Positions 40,601-53,701 of a stretch of DNA of 64,000 nucleotides are shown here, piece after piece; the first letter of the stretch is position 1; each line of letters opens with the position of its first letter. The stretch is from Balanoglossus misakiensis (taxonomy: Eukaryota; Animalia; Hemichordata). The stretch lies in contig CM082597.2 in NCBI GenBank assembly GCA_040954595.2, positions 7,646,343 through 7,710,342 on the forward strand, given 5' to 3'. Both the position numbers and the translations under genes were made by a program. The notes under the pieces were generated by a model, which worked only from the letters and a program-made list of their open reading frames with translations, did not search any database and was not told the DNA's origin.

Positions 40601-43600
40601 ACATTTTCCCTTCATCATTTTCTCACAATGGTTACACGAAACGAAACTTATTTCATATTTTCCGGGCAATCAGACCGACAATCAGACCGACAATCAGACC
40701 GAGTGAGATACATTTTAAATGCCAATAATTACATAATTTCAGAAACACTGAATGTCATGCAAAAGGTGATAGACAGAATGCAGTCCCTAATTGACGCCAA
40801 TCCGAGTGACAGGCTGAAACCCGGGCAGGCAAACCACCTGACAAAGATAACAACGAAAATATTCGACCAGTTATCGATGTTTATACTGAACGAGGCTATT
40901 TGTGGACATGGACCAATCATCGTGAACACTTCTTCTCTTGTGCTGCATCTGGAAAAGAACTTTGTGCAGGACTTGTGCGACACCAATGTAATGATTGGAG
41001 ATGGAAGTGGATTCAATATTCCACCAGCAGATATTATGTTTCCACAATTGTCGTGGGACACAGTCTTGAACCGAATGGTTTGTATACAACGTCTATAATC
41101 AGAAGACAATCTCACTTTCGTTTTCTATCACACATTGCTCTGTTCTTGTATATTGATATTTGTCTAACTTTTGGTCATTAGGATTCTTCCGCCAGTCAAG
41201 TCATTATGGGAATGAACTAGACAGTATTATGCTGAGTTAGTGCAAACATTGTCATTTTTTTTACAAAATTAGTCCATAAACATTTTTAATTATGATCTTT
41301 GGTTTAAAGTACAATTCTGTTGTAATAATGCGTTCAAATGCTCGAGGAATAATTAAGATGTTTTTTTTTTTTATAGATTTTCCGATTCGGTGGGAATCCT
41401 CACAGATTGGCAAATCGGACACATGGCTTCACTACCGAAATACTGACACTGGAATTCAGAGATGAAGATGGTAATGAGATTAAAGGTTGGTTTTCATTAA
41501 GGCCATTAATGGCATCCTTACATTCTCATGGAACTCGCAAAAATACTTAAATCTTTGGAAACAGCGTGATTTCTGGAACTCCTTGTCAGTAGGGGTCATA
41601 TTATATGCTAGGGCATTGGGGATTCCCTGTATCACTAATGTCATAATGAAAAAGTTTATATTGTGGATAAAATGTATTACCAGTTAAAACTCAGATTGAA
41701 ATGGCACATATCTTCTTTTAATCAACTTTACACAGAAACCCAGTGATATGTATAACAATACTCGCTCATATTTTCATCGTGGGGCGGAACTCGAGTAATG
41801 GCCAAATTGTGAGTGGAGTTTTAACATCAGTTTGATTTATCACAGAACATTTTCATTTTCAGTGAAAAATGCATCAGAGGATCTCGGCATATGGCTTGGT
41901 AATTATCAGACACCTATAAATGAAAGCATCGTCAGGGGAGTATACGTGGAAAGTGAAGGAGTCACTCACTATGCATTGACAGTAACGGTAAACCTCACAC
42001 ATTATATGAACCTAACCAACTTTTGCATGTTAGCAACTCTAAAGTACCATCAAACCAACCATCTTGGTGTGATGGTCAGCCGGGGGAGGGGGTAAAGCCC
42101 TATGTAAATGCACACAAATCATAACCATGGGGATTTATTTCTCAGCATGCAATATTTTACATATGTAACATGCAATCACCATCCTCTCTGTCATCATGAT
42201 CCGAGGTCTGATGCCCAATGACACAACATGTGAATGGAACTCGCACATCTCAAAACACAGGCAAGGTTTACCTCAAAAGAATAATTTGTACCAGTTGTGG
42301 AGTTCATTTTGCATTGGTTTCTCATCGTTGTAGGCGCTATCGAGATACTCTGCATTTCAAATCATCCTGGAAGCATCAGCGCCTGTCTTCGAGACTGCTA
42401 CAGCATACGTGTCACTGGAAAGACTTGACGCCGTCGGTGACTACAATGGTTCCCATTATGTTACTGAGTTGGTATTTGCAGGGTGTACAGCATCCATATT
42501 TCTACCAGAAGCAAACATCACCAGGACGGGCTTGTATTACATAGCCTTTGACCTTACCAGTGGTAAGATTGTGGAATATTTTCATGATTAATACAACTAT
42601 TGCACAATGATCGTTGATTAAAACACATAGTTGTGTTTTCTTTTCTTTTTTGCTGTTTATGCTTCTTTTTAATTTCAAAAACGAATATGCATATGTAGAA
42701 AGTTATGCTACGATCTTGCGGTTTTAATATAGAGTTCCCAATTTTCTAATTTTACTATCGAGCTTCGATTGGTCCATCTAAATATGTTTACTGATGTTTA
42801 TCTAAATATGCTACTGATCGTAATACATTTACTTCTTGTCGATGCCCAATTGTGACTGTATGTTGCAATTTGATCAAGTGATATATTAAACGGGCGCTCA
42901 ACCCGTTTAATCGGCCTCCATACAAAGGTGTACACAAAACACGTGGTATGAGTTCTGTATTTCATTTGCCTTTAGCAGTATAATACAAAAGTTTATGAAT
43001 TTCATTTTCTGGGTGCACACTACCTTACAGACACTCCAGTTGGTTTTATATGGAATATGTTGATGTAACCGAAGTTCTGTGTATATTTTTTCCCTACAGC
43101 CCATGGGGTTGACATCACTGTTCTCACTACTCAACACAGATGTAGCTACTTTGATGAGACTAACTGGCAGAATGATGGTTGTAAGGTATACAAATTAATT
43201 TCTTCTAAATTTTGCAAAAGTTGAAATGCTCCATGTACTTGCGATTGATGAAATTTAAGACAAGTGGCAATCAGTGTGATTTCAGTGGGTACTGTGGATA
43301 AATATGCAACAAAAACTTAAAATGCAGAACAAGGTACTGCATCTTACAATTAATACTGACACATGGAAAATACCGTAAACGTACAAAATGTACTGATTCA
43401 CGTGAGGGCGCTTTTCCTTGTTTAAATTAACGCTGGGATGTGAACCAGGTGTTTGATCTTGTTTCACTTGCAAAGAAACGCCCAATGCTTTGTCATCACG
43501 TTTTTTTCTGCTTGATATCTTGCAGGTGTCACCAAAATCCGACTTCAATTCTACCCTGTGTCTGTGTAATCACCTGACTGTTTTCAGTGCAATGGTGGGA

Positions 43601-43633
43601 GTTGTTGAATCTGATGGACGATTCCACGTTTAG
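34692..43633 (+). CDS. Copy A: signal/anchor + 2 C-type lectin-like domains + PKD1L-type GAIN/GPS domain, no TM region (646 aa, intact)
   Basis: 13 GT-AG exons with consistent phases, total 1941 nt: 34692-34803, 34925-35192, 35696-35757, 38051-38321, 38969-39042, 39834-39904, 40191-40281, 40743-41077, 41377-41485, 41863-41987, 42334-42562, 43100-43185, 43526-43633. CTLD motifs (AYTFCERLGLRLV...YWID...C...W..LDC...LCE). GPS: CSYFDETNWQNDGCKVSPKSDFNSTLCLCNHL/TVFSAM. Confidence 0.88.
36583..37255. mobile_element. Kolobok-like palindromic MITE in intron 3 of copy A
   Basis: TTAA-AGCGGGTAGCTCGTCTCAC ... GTGAGACGAGCTACGCGCT-TTAA, plus ~190 bp internal inverted arms (36700-36885 / 37005-37190). Absent from the matching intron of copy B. 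Confidence 0.85.
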
Positions 43634-45729
43634 CACAGGGGCCTCCGTTTGGTCTACAGAAGTTATAAAATAAGCTTTTGGGACGAGTTCTAAACAAATG
43701 TTTACCATTCAAAATGTTATCTGTTTTTAGACTTTATGAAGCAAGAAGTGTTCATTTAGCTTTTTTGGAAATCGAGTTTTGTTGACAATGCATTAAATGT
43801 GAAAGGCATAGATGTACGTTTAGCTAGAGGTGCCAACAAACTAGTCTGAAAGAGCAGCGTTTTGATGAGAGTTAGATGTGTCGTTAAAATCAATTTGTAT
43901 TGCGTGCGCCTATGATTGATTTTGTTCATATAGTACGATGATATCTATACATTTCTTTGTAATCTGCCAGGATTGGATATATACATGTATACATGGATCA
44001 ATATTTCTGTTTTGTAATAACCAGTACTGTCACTTGCCCTTGTAATAACCCGTAATTGTACTTGTCATTAATTGATGGAGTTCTAGTTTTCTGTAATTGA
44101 AAGAGTTTGTATATGTGTTTGACTTGTAATGCTCTGGTTTATACTGGTTGCCATTAAAACATACTCTTATTGTGCATTGTGTATATGCGGTGCCTTTTTT
44201 CAACGAATCAAATGAGAGTTAAGGAACTGTTCAGGTTTTTTTTACTGCTGGGGGCGGCAAGGTTGTGTCATCGGTTTTCAAAATCAGGCCGACCCCCCCC
44301 CCCCCCATTCACCCAGGACCAAAAAATGATGACCCCATCCCCCTTTGATAGGCCCAAAAATATGATGACCCCCCCCCCCCACACACACACACGAAAACAT
44401 TCACCGTCATGATCATATGTACACTGTATGCAATAAAGGGAAAGGGGCTCCTGACACCGCAATTATAAATTTCTTAAAGATCAATGCAACCGTTGTAATT
44501 TTTTTCAATTTAAGACAATGAGGATCTTTGGTTTTATGTACAATCCTGACAAGTTCTGAACTGATAATGTACCATTGACAAAATAAGCTGTCACTTGCCA
44601 TCGTAATAACCCATAATTTCACTTGTCATCATGGTGGAGTTATATTCTGTAACTTTAAAACAAATTGTATGTGTTGGCCTTGGATTACTCTAGATTATTC
44701 TGGTTGATATTAAAGCATACACTTAAAGCGCAGAAGGTATGTATGGCGCATTTCCCCCATCGAATCAAATTACGCTTCATTTGATTATACTCTGATGGAT
44801 TGGAGGGAGGGAGCGACTCCCTATAGGGAGGGATGGAGGGAGGGAGGGAGGGAAGGAAGGAGGGAGGGAGTTGTTTTTGTTGTTGTTGTCGATGTTGTAA
44901 AAAAATAGCTTTTTCTCGATGGGGTTCTTTACAAAACTTTTGAAAAGTTTGCATACTATACATATGGCAGACAATCGATTTTTTGGAATGTGGATATTTG
45001 AGGAATAAACTATGCCGTATTTGGGTAGATTTTGCAGATACTTTCTCACTATATGTGCCGTTTTGAATTCCTGGACATATTTATCTTCACCGACATCTCC
45101 CGCAGCGGAAGTTAGTCATCATCTGAATAATGCAAATGTGAAATGTAGATGACATGAGAGGCGATAAAATCTTACAATTGGATTTCTAGAATTGCGAATT
45201 TTGAATAAGAAATGTCGGCATAAATAAATTAAAGCCACTCTTTCAGATTCTACCTCAGAACCCTAACCGATGGGTTAGCCCCTGGGAATCCGTATTGTAG
45301 CATTGTTTTTGACGTGGACAATGCACTAAAGACAAGTTATTAAATATATATCACATGTACACTCAAAGGAAATGTATACGTGCGGGACAATTTGCCGAAT
45401 TTTCATTGATTGGGGTCAGATGCAAAATTTGTCACCCATGGATTGCCTGAGAAGACGTAAACTGTTACAATGTTGTCGTGAAATCCCTTTGACGTTAACG
45501 ATCATCGTGTGTGTACATGCTCAAAGACTCTCTCCTTGTTATCTTGAGAAAGGTGTAGGGGCGGGGCAATTGACGCAGCAACGTTCAAGTTCCAAACAAC
45601 CCGAAGGCATAGCGTCTCCATGGTGCCTCGCTCTCTCTACCAATAGTTACAATTCTTTGCAAAACACGCATAACTTATCAAGCTTTTATTATATAGGTTG
45701 ATCGCAGATTAGCCGCACAACTCGCAACC

Positions 45730-48700
45730 ATGACTTGCCTGAGAAGCTGTAAAACGTTACAAGATTGTCGTGAAATACCTTTGACGTTGACTCTCATCGC
45801 TACATTCGTCATGATGTCGGTGACATTACTGCAGCAAGCAGGTAAGACATTTTAATACCTCAAAACAGGAGCACATACATCTTATTATTTTGTGATTGTT
45901 TAAACTGACTCTCATAAGAATAACGATTTTAATTCCAGGTTGCGTCACCTACCACGTTTTCGGGCCGATGGATCACCCTTCTGCCTACAGTTTTTGTGAG
46001 CGATTAGGTCTTCGTCTTGTTCAAGATGACAGCGAAGAAAAACACGCAGCTATAGTAAACAGTTTAAAAGAACGAGGCATGCTAAAGTATTTACACTGGA
46101 TAGATGCTCGACTGATTGACAACGGAAGCGTAGTCACAAGAGACGGGGACATTTTGACTCACAAGCCCAGGAGTACAGATTTTTCAGAAAATGATGGAGA
46201 GTGTCTCGCAATGGCGTGAGTTAAGCGTTTTGAAACTATATTCAAATATGAAGAAATGTGTGTTTTTGTGATAATTATAATACTGCTAAACTTGAAGCAA
46301 TCATTCTGTGTCATGCGCAGAAGCTCAGAATGGAAAATATGTAGGGACAGAGTTGATTGACAATTTAAAGAAATGCAGTTGTTACAATGGACAATATCTT
46401 CACAATTTTATCTCTTTTATAATTGCGTACACATGTCTCCTTTTGTGGAAAAATTCAATTCGGAAACTGTGAGATATGTCCATTTTACCGTTGAACAAAA
46501 ACCTTTCTCTGCAAAATGTGGTACAACAATCTTAACTGATTTATTTATGTTTCTGCGAATTTTACATCTTGAAGACTGAATTCTTCATTGTCTTTGGATC
46601 TGAGTCAAAAGTTTAGGAGAAATGCAGAAAACGTTTTGCAGTATATATTATGAAAGGTGTACCGTTTGACTGGCGTTAATGTGCGACGGTAAAATATACT
46701 TACTTGAAGTTTTCATTCCCAGATTTGGCGAATGGAAAAATAAAGATTGTGGTAACAGCCTTGATGTGTCAGCTTTATGTGAACATGCGAGTAAGTTATA
46801 TTTTACTTAATTCTTTGCCACTTGGTGTACCTTATGACTGATCTACCCGGTTTGTTCAGGTCGAAAGAAATATTGTTGTTTTTTATGTATTTATAACAGT
46901 TTGCATCTTAATTAGGTGACACAATCACCTCATTTAATTGTCAAAACATGCATTTGGTTTATTTTCAGAATACTTGATAATTATCGGTGTATTTCGCCGT
47001 TTTCCTTGAATACAAACGAAAAATAAAGGCTTAATTAGAAACCCCAAATCAAAATAGACATTAATTTTATTTTAAAGGAAACAAATTGTTTTTTATCTCT
47101 TGTATAGCTTCTTTCGACTTAACTAACACACTCAAGAAAAGCATGGTGGATGCATACCAGCTATGTGAGAAGTTTTGATTACGTCTTCTAACCGACACAA
47201 CTGAATGGAAATATGACCAGTACTGTGGATACATTACAACGTGGAGAAACGCATGGATTGATGCCAACATCACGTCAGATGGCAATGTCAAGACAGCTAG
47301 TGGTTTAATATTGGAACACACGCCTTTTGCGCCCGGCCAGACTTTTGAAGTCGGATTGTGTATTTATGTACTGTGAGTCGCTCTTTGTTCACACTATTTT
47401 GCGCGTTGCTAGAACAGTATATGTTTTTTTTCCATTTCTTTCATGTCTTTAACTAGCTCTCACAGGCGTTGGAACTTGCGAGATTAAATAATGATTGGAG
47501 AACTAATGGCAGTTAAATGTGTGTATGCTTGTTGCAACACGTGTTTCTTATCTTAAAGGTTACAATCAGTATTTTGCACTGTTTCTGGTATTTTATCAAC
47601 TTAATCTGCCATATCGTCAGAATTACAAAGCACAATTTGAGCATGATACTTTACAGCTAACGCTGATTGCATTACAATTTTAACATGTGCCCTACAACAT
47701 GAAAGACAGTGGATGTAAGAAAGTAATCGGAACCCTGCGCATGTCAAGATTGAGTTGGTATATTGAACGATTTTTGGAAAACTAAGCCAGGGTATGCTTC
47801 ATGGTTAATAATTTTATTCAAATAACGCAAAATGTGGCGTTTTGACCAACCCGCATTCTGTATAGAGACCACTATTGACACTGTACAGCAATCATTGTAC
47901 AAGTCTTAAACAATGCTTTGTTAAACAGATGTGCCATTGATGCTAAACTTACTTGGTACACTGTAGACTGCAATGAACGTCAAAGGGTTGTTTGTGAGGA
48001 TAAAAGTAAGTATTTGAGACATTTTATCTCGCGATTACTTTTGTATGAGATTATTTTTACCGATTTCATTAGTATACACAGATAAAGGAATGCATGACGT
48101 TAAAATTATATATGACTGTCTTGACATGAAAGGAGGTTGTTGACAACGGAGCAAAGATGTCCCCTGAAAATGTTAGACTGTCTTGACATGAAAGGAGGTT
48201 GTTGACAACGGAGCAAAGATGTCCCCTGAAAATGTTATATATTCATGTACTATTTTTAAGTCACGAATGCCTTCTCAATTTTAGAAATACAACACATAAT
48301 ATTTTGGCACCTCTCACATCATCTGTCTTTTTCATTTGCAACATTCAGATGATGACTTACTTCTGCTGCGGGAGAGCTTGGTCAAGATAAGTGACGATGA
48401 ATTCAGAACAGCAGATGTGGTAAGAAAGGTTCCAATCATTTGAGACTGACGCAATGCACTGTATTGTATAAAGCCCCAAGTTAGCGAAATCCACTGAAGA
48501 GATAGAACATTTTTTGACAACTAATGCTACATTCTAAAATAATTTCACATAATGCAATAAACCACATACTATGTAATTGTCTTTACACGTTTATTAAAGG
48601 TCCTTATGGGATATGACTATTTTGTGACAACTAAAGCTATATACTAAATGATTCCATATAAAGCTATAAAGCCACGTACTAAATAATTGTCTATTCTTTT

Positions 48701-51573
48701 TCCAGGGTATTAGTGTAATTGACAAGATAGACGCTTTAACCTCTGACCTTTCAACGAAAAGTGTTATATTTAAAGGAAGAATTCTATTTGCAAAAGGTAT
48801 TGTGATACTTATTGTTTTAATCAAGACGATTCTGTGACATCGGTATCCATCACATTCAATATCATCCAATGATGTGAAAACGATATTGGTATCAGACGCA
48901 GAAAAAACAGCACCTTACAATTATAAAGCTTACCGAAAATGCATCAACTATAGTTCGTTTGTTTCCACAAATCATGCAAATTATTGGTGACCGTCATATA
49001 TCTTATATGTATATTAGAGAATCATCGAGCATTGGACGTGTTCAACTGATGAATGACACACTGAATTAGAAGTCGAGAAAGACAGTCAGACAGAGTGAGA
49101 TAGTTTTAAATGCCAATGTTTACATATTTCAGAAACACTGAATGTTATGCAAAAGGTGATAGACAGAATGCAATCCCTATTTGACGCCAATCCGAGCGAG
49201 AAGCTGAATCCTGGGCAGGCAAATCACCTGACAAAGATAACAACGAAAGTATTCGACCAGTTATCAATGTTTATACTGAACAAGACTCCATGTGGAGATG
49301 GACCACTCATCGTGAAAACATCATCTCTTGTGCTGCATTTGGAAAAGAACCTTGCGCAGGAATTGTGCAACGTCACCATAATGATTGGAGATGGAAGTGG
49401 ATTCAATATTCCACCAGCAGACAGTATGTTCCCAAAATTGTCGCGGGACACAGTCTTGAACAGTATGGTCCGTATACATCTTTGATAATATTAAGAAAAA
49501 TATAACGTCTGTTTATATAAAACATTACTCTATTCTTGTACATGGATATTTGAATAACCATTTGCCGCTAGTTAACGTAAATGTGACGTCCTGGGCAGCT
49601 GTCGCGTTTATATGGGATGAACTTTAGGCTGATATCTGTGTCAATGCAACCGTTGTAATTTTTTTACAATTTAGGACCATAAACATTTCTAATGGCGATG
49701 TTTGGTTTTATGTACAATTCTGCTGTTATCATAATGCGTTCTGGTGCTCGAGGAATAATTAAAGTATTTTTTTTTTACAATTAGATTTTCCGTTTCGGTG
49801 GGAACCCCCACGGATTGGCAAATAGGACACATGGCTTCACTACCGATATACTGACCCTGGAATTCAGAGATGAAGATGGAAATGAGATTAAGGGTTGGTG
49901 TTCATTAAGGCCATCAGTGGTATCCTAACATTCGCATTGAACTCTCAATATTTTACCAGTTAACGTCGCACCATTTAAACCGGAAATGGCGAATTCCTTT
50001 AACTAGAAACCCGGCGACATACTTGTATAAACATACCATCTTGGAGGGCAGAAGTCGATTAATGACCAATTTGTGAATTTAGTTTTGGCATTGTTTTAAA
50101 ATTATCATGAAACATGTACTTTTTCAGTGAAAAATGCTTCCAAGGATCTCGGCGTATGGCTTGGTAATTATCAGACACCTATAAATGAAAGCATCGTCAG
50201 GGGAGTATACGTGGAAAGGGAAGGAGTCACTCACTATGCATTGACAGTAACGGTAATGTTTACATAATATATGAAATTCACTGATCATTGCATCTTTTCT
50301 GATCTAGTCTTTCACATAACCATTTGATCAACGGCGCAAAACTCAAACGTGAGTATAAATGACATTTGTGATATTTCAAACACTGTGTTATCTTTTACCT
50401 CACAAATTTCATTGTGTGAAATTTATCTTGCGTCAATATATCATTATTTTCGTTGCAGGCGCTATCGGCCTACTCTGCATTTCAAATAATCCTGGAAGCA
50501 TCAGCGCCTGTCTTCGAGACTACTACAGCATACATGTCACTGGAAAGACTTGACGCCGTCGGTGTCTACAATGGTTCCCATTATGTAACTGAGGTGGTAT
50601 TTGCAGGGTGTACAGCATCCATATTTCTATCAGAAGCAAACATCACCAGGACGGGCTTGTATTACATAGCCTTTTACCTTACCAGTGGTATGTCGTGTTT
50701 TTGTTTTTGTTTTGCTGTTTATATCACTGTCAAATTAATCAAACAACATGTATATAGTAAGTTATGCCACAATCTTGCGATTTCATTAAAGCACAAAGAG
50801 CTGCCACCTTTTGCATTTTTTTCGTGATTTTTGAATTAAAAATAATACAAAATTTTGCCTTGTGTCTAAAGTTCTCCGGAAACTGTATTTATCAACTTGT
50901 TGTCATAACAATCACTAATTTACTTTTTCTCTGTTGGATTACGCACATATTGGCGGTCATTTTGACATTAAAATATTAGAAAATGTGGCCTTATTTCGAA
51001 GTATTCCATTGTGATTCCTGTTTCACAACTTCAAAAGATACTCCATTTGATTATATATGACATACGTGGAAGAAACCGAAGTCAGTTCTGTTATTCTTTT
51101 TTTCTCTACAGCCCATGGGGTTGACATCAAGGTTCTCACTACTCAACACAGATGTAGCTACTTTGATGAGAATAATTGGCAGAATGATGGTTGTAAGGTA
51201 TACCAATTATTTTCTTCTAAATTTTGGCCAAAATGAAATGCTCCATGTAGTTCCAAGTAATGAAACTAAAGACAAGTAGCAATCAGTGCATATTACGATT
51301 AATGTTAACTTGTGGAAAACATTAAAAATGTACTGATTCACGTGACGGCGCTTTATCTATTAAAAGTAACGCTGGGACGTGAACCAGGTGTTTAATCTTG
51401 TTCCACTTGCAAAGAAACGCCCACTGCTGTGTCAATATGTATTTTTGTCTGCTCGATTTTTGCAGGTATCACCAAAATCCGACTTCAATTCTACCCTGTG
51501 TCTGTGTAATCACCTGACTGTTTTCAGTGCAATGGTGGGAGTTGTAGAATCTGACGGACGATGCCACGTTTAG
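45730..51573 (+). pseudogene. Copy B: tandem paralog of the CTL-GAIN gene with a premature TGA in lectin domain 2
   Basis: Same 13-exon layout: 45730-45841, 45939-46215, 46723-46790, 47108-47372, 47929-48005, 48349-48419, 48706-48796, 49133-49467, 49785-49893, 50128-50252, 50459-50687, 51112-51197, 51466-51573. In-frame TGA at 47176-47178 where copy A has Gly (CEKFG). All splice sites are retained. Confidence 0.82.
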
Positions 51574-51914
51574 CACAGGGGCGTCCGTTTGGTCTACAGA
51601 ATTGACAAAATAAGGTTATGGAACGAGTTCTAAACTAATGATGTACCACTCAAAATGTGTTCGTGTGTTTTAGACTTTATGAAGCTAGAAGTGTTCATAT
51701 TGCCGTTTTGGAAAGAGTTTTTAGGTGATAATGCATTAAGTGTAAAGCATAGATGTACATTTAGCTAGAGGTGCCAAACACCTGTCCGAAAGAGAAGCGT
51801 TTGGATGAGCATTTGTTAGGTTGCGTTCGTCTTTAATTGATTGTGTTTGTTCATATAGTTTGATGTAATTTATACATTTCTAATTGTAATCTGCCAGTAT
51901 TGGATATCTACATG

Positions 51915-52365
51915 TTTACATGGGTCAATATTTCTGTTTGTAATAACCAGTAATGTCACAATAATCCGTAATTGTATTTGCCATTAATTGGTGGAGTTAT
52001 AGTATTCTGTAACTTTACAAATTGTATGTGTTTGCCATGGATTGCTCTGGATTATTCTGGTTGACATTAAAGCGTATACACTTACTGTACACTTTGTATG
52101 TATTGTGCCTTCTCCCAGAATCAAATTACGTGTATACATTGATCAATATTTCTGTTTTGATAGTAATAACCAGTACTGTCACTTGCGATTGTAATAACCC
52201 GTAATTGTACTTGTCATTAATTGGTGGAGTTCTAGTTTTCTGTAATTGAAAGAGTTTTTATATGTGTTTGAGTTGTATTGCTCTTGATTATTCTGGTTGA
52301 CATTAAAGCGTACACTCACTAATATGTATGTGTTGCCCTTTTTTCCCCCACGAATCAAATTACAT
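51915..52365 (+). repeat. ~220 bp tandem duplication in the 3' region of copy B (related units at 43990-44215 and 44600-44780 behind copy A)
   Basis: TCAATATTTCTGTTT...TAATAACCAGTA...GTAATTGTA...GGTGGAGTT...TTCTGGTTGACATTAAAGCGTA...GAATCAAATTAC is repeated. Confidence 0.7.
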
Positions 52366-52682
52366 ATAATTGATGAAGCCATCTTCCGCCATTTCTACCA
52401 GTTTTATTTGGCAAAGAAACAACAACAACCGCGCCAGTTGTGCATATTTTTTCCCTGAATAACTTAACTGAAACGTAAGAAATATGTAAATAAACTAAAC
52501 TGAACTTTTCCTTTAAGAAGAAATAAACCTCAGAAATCACAAGTAATCACGACCATCACCAAAAACTACATATACGATTATTTGTACATGTATCCTAATA
52601 CGGACCACAGAAATGGTAAATAAACAATAACAGGTAAAGAAAATGGTTCATATTCTCTCTGTATCTTGGTTAGAATTCTTAA

Positions 52683-53268
52683 AGCCCCAGTATTTCTGGT
52701 GTGTATCCATTTGTCATCATCGAAAAATGCCCGTTTTTCCCGTACATTCATCATGGAATACTACATAATGAAGATAGAAGAAAGGTTTGGGCAACTGTAG
52801 CTACATGCAAGCTGTAAATATTGCCCGTAACACTTGAAATGATGCGCGGGTTTGTTTACAACGGAAATGTTGTACATGTCGATCAGCAAACGTGCCACTT
52901 TGACATTTGATGGTCAGACCATTTTCGGATTTGATCTGGTTCCATCGACTGATTTCTCCCATAAAGTTATCTTCCCAAAATTTCGCCGAATTAGTGCGCA
53001 TTTCTTCGCTGAGTCGCTTGATTTGGGGCGACCAAACCTCTTCCGCATAAATTCACATTGGAGTGCGCATGCGCACTAGTCACGTGTGTCAACAGAGCCT
53101 GACTTTCTGTCCGGACAGAAAGTCATTCTTCACTCGTTATATTGTAAATTGTATGAGTTTATGAGCAGAGCAGGGGATGATGACTGTTCGATTCAATTAT
53201 CATCTACTTTTAGAAATTATAGATGCCGTTTCAAACAAAATTTTGCCCCTACGAGAAATACTGAGGCT
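52683..53268. mobile_element. Kolobok-like non-autonomous element (586 bp)
   Basis: TTAA-AGCCCCAGTATTTCTGGT ... ACGAGAAATACTGAGGCT-TTAA: 16/18 TIR match, TTAA TSD, AG..CT termini. Confidence 0.8.
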
Positions 53269-53369
53269 TTAACCAGAGCATCTCATCAGTTTGCCATGAG
53301 AAATTTCGGATGTGTGTAAGCTTTGATATATAGAGTATAGCTGCAATACGGGCCTCTATGTGCCGAGTT

Positions 53370-53701
53370 GGCTGGCCTATAGGGCTACAATTCCTTCCCA
53401 TAGAAAACGTGGAAATTTTGGCATAGCAGATCTGTTGTGCACAGAAACGGCCGAACTGGCGGCGAATCTCACCGTACCCCAAGGAAATTTTACTAGAATC
53501 TTGCTTCCTGATCATAAAAGATCATATGAACGCAAACCAATAGCTCGATAGCAATACTTTAGGCTGAAAAAAAATCATAGTTTAACGACTCTGAGTGTAG
53601 TTTTTTTCTTCAAACCTACGCCATCTTGAACGTTCAGCAGATCTGCTGTGCAAAATGTCCACGTTTACTATGGGAAGGAATTGTAGTCCTACAGGCCAGC
53701 C
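53370..53701. mobile_element. MITE-like inverted repeat (~65 bp arms)
   Basis: GCTGGCCTATAGGGCTACAATTCCTTCCCATAGAAAACGTGGA...AGCAGATCTG is mirrored by CAGATCTGCT...TCCACGTTTACTATGGGAAGGAATTGTAGTCCTACAGGCCAGC. Confidence 0.65.

Noticed and set aside
40628-40742. N-terminal extension of ORF 40628 with a QSDR x3 repeat
   Set aside because: It lies upstream of the acceptor at 40742. It is an intronic 12-bp repeat not conserved in copy B.
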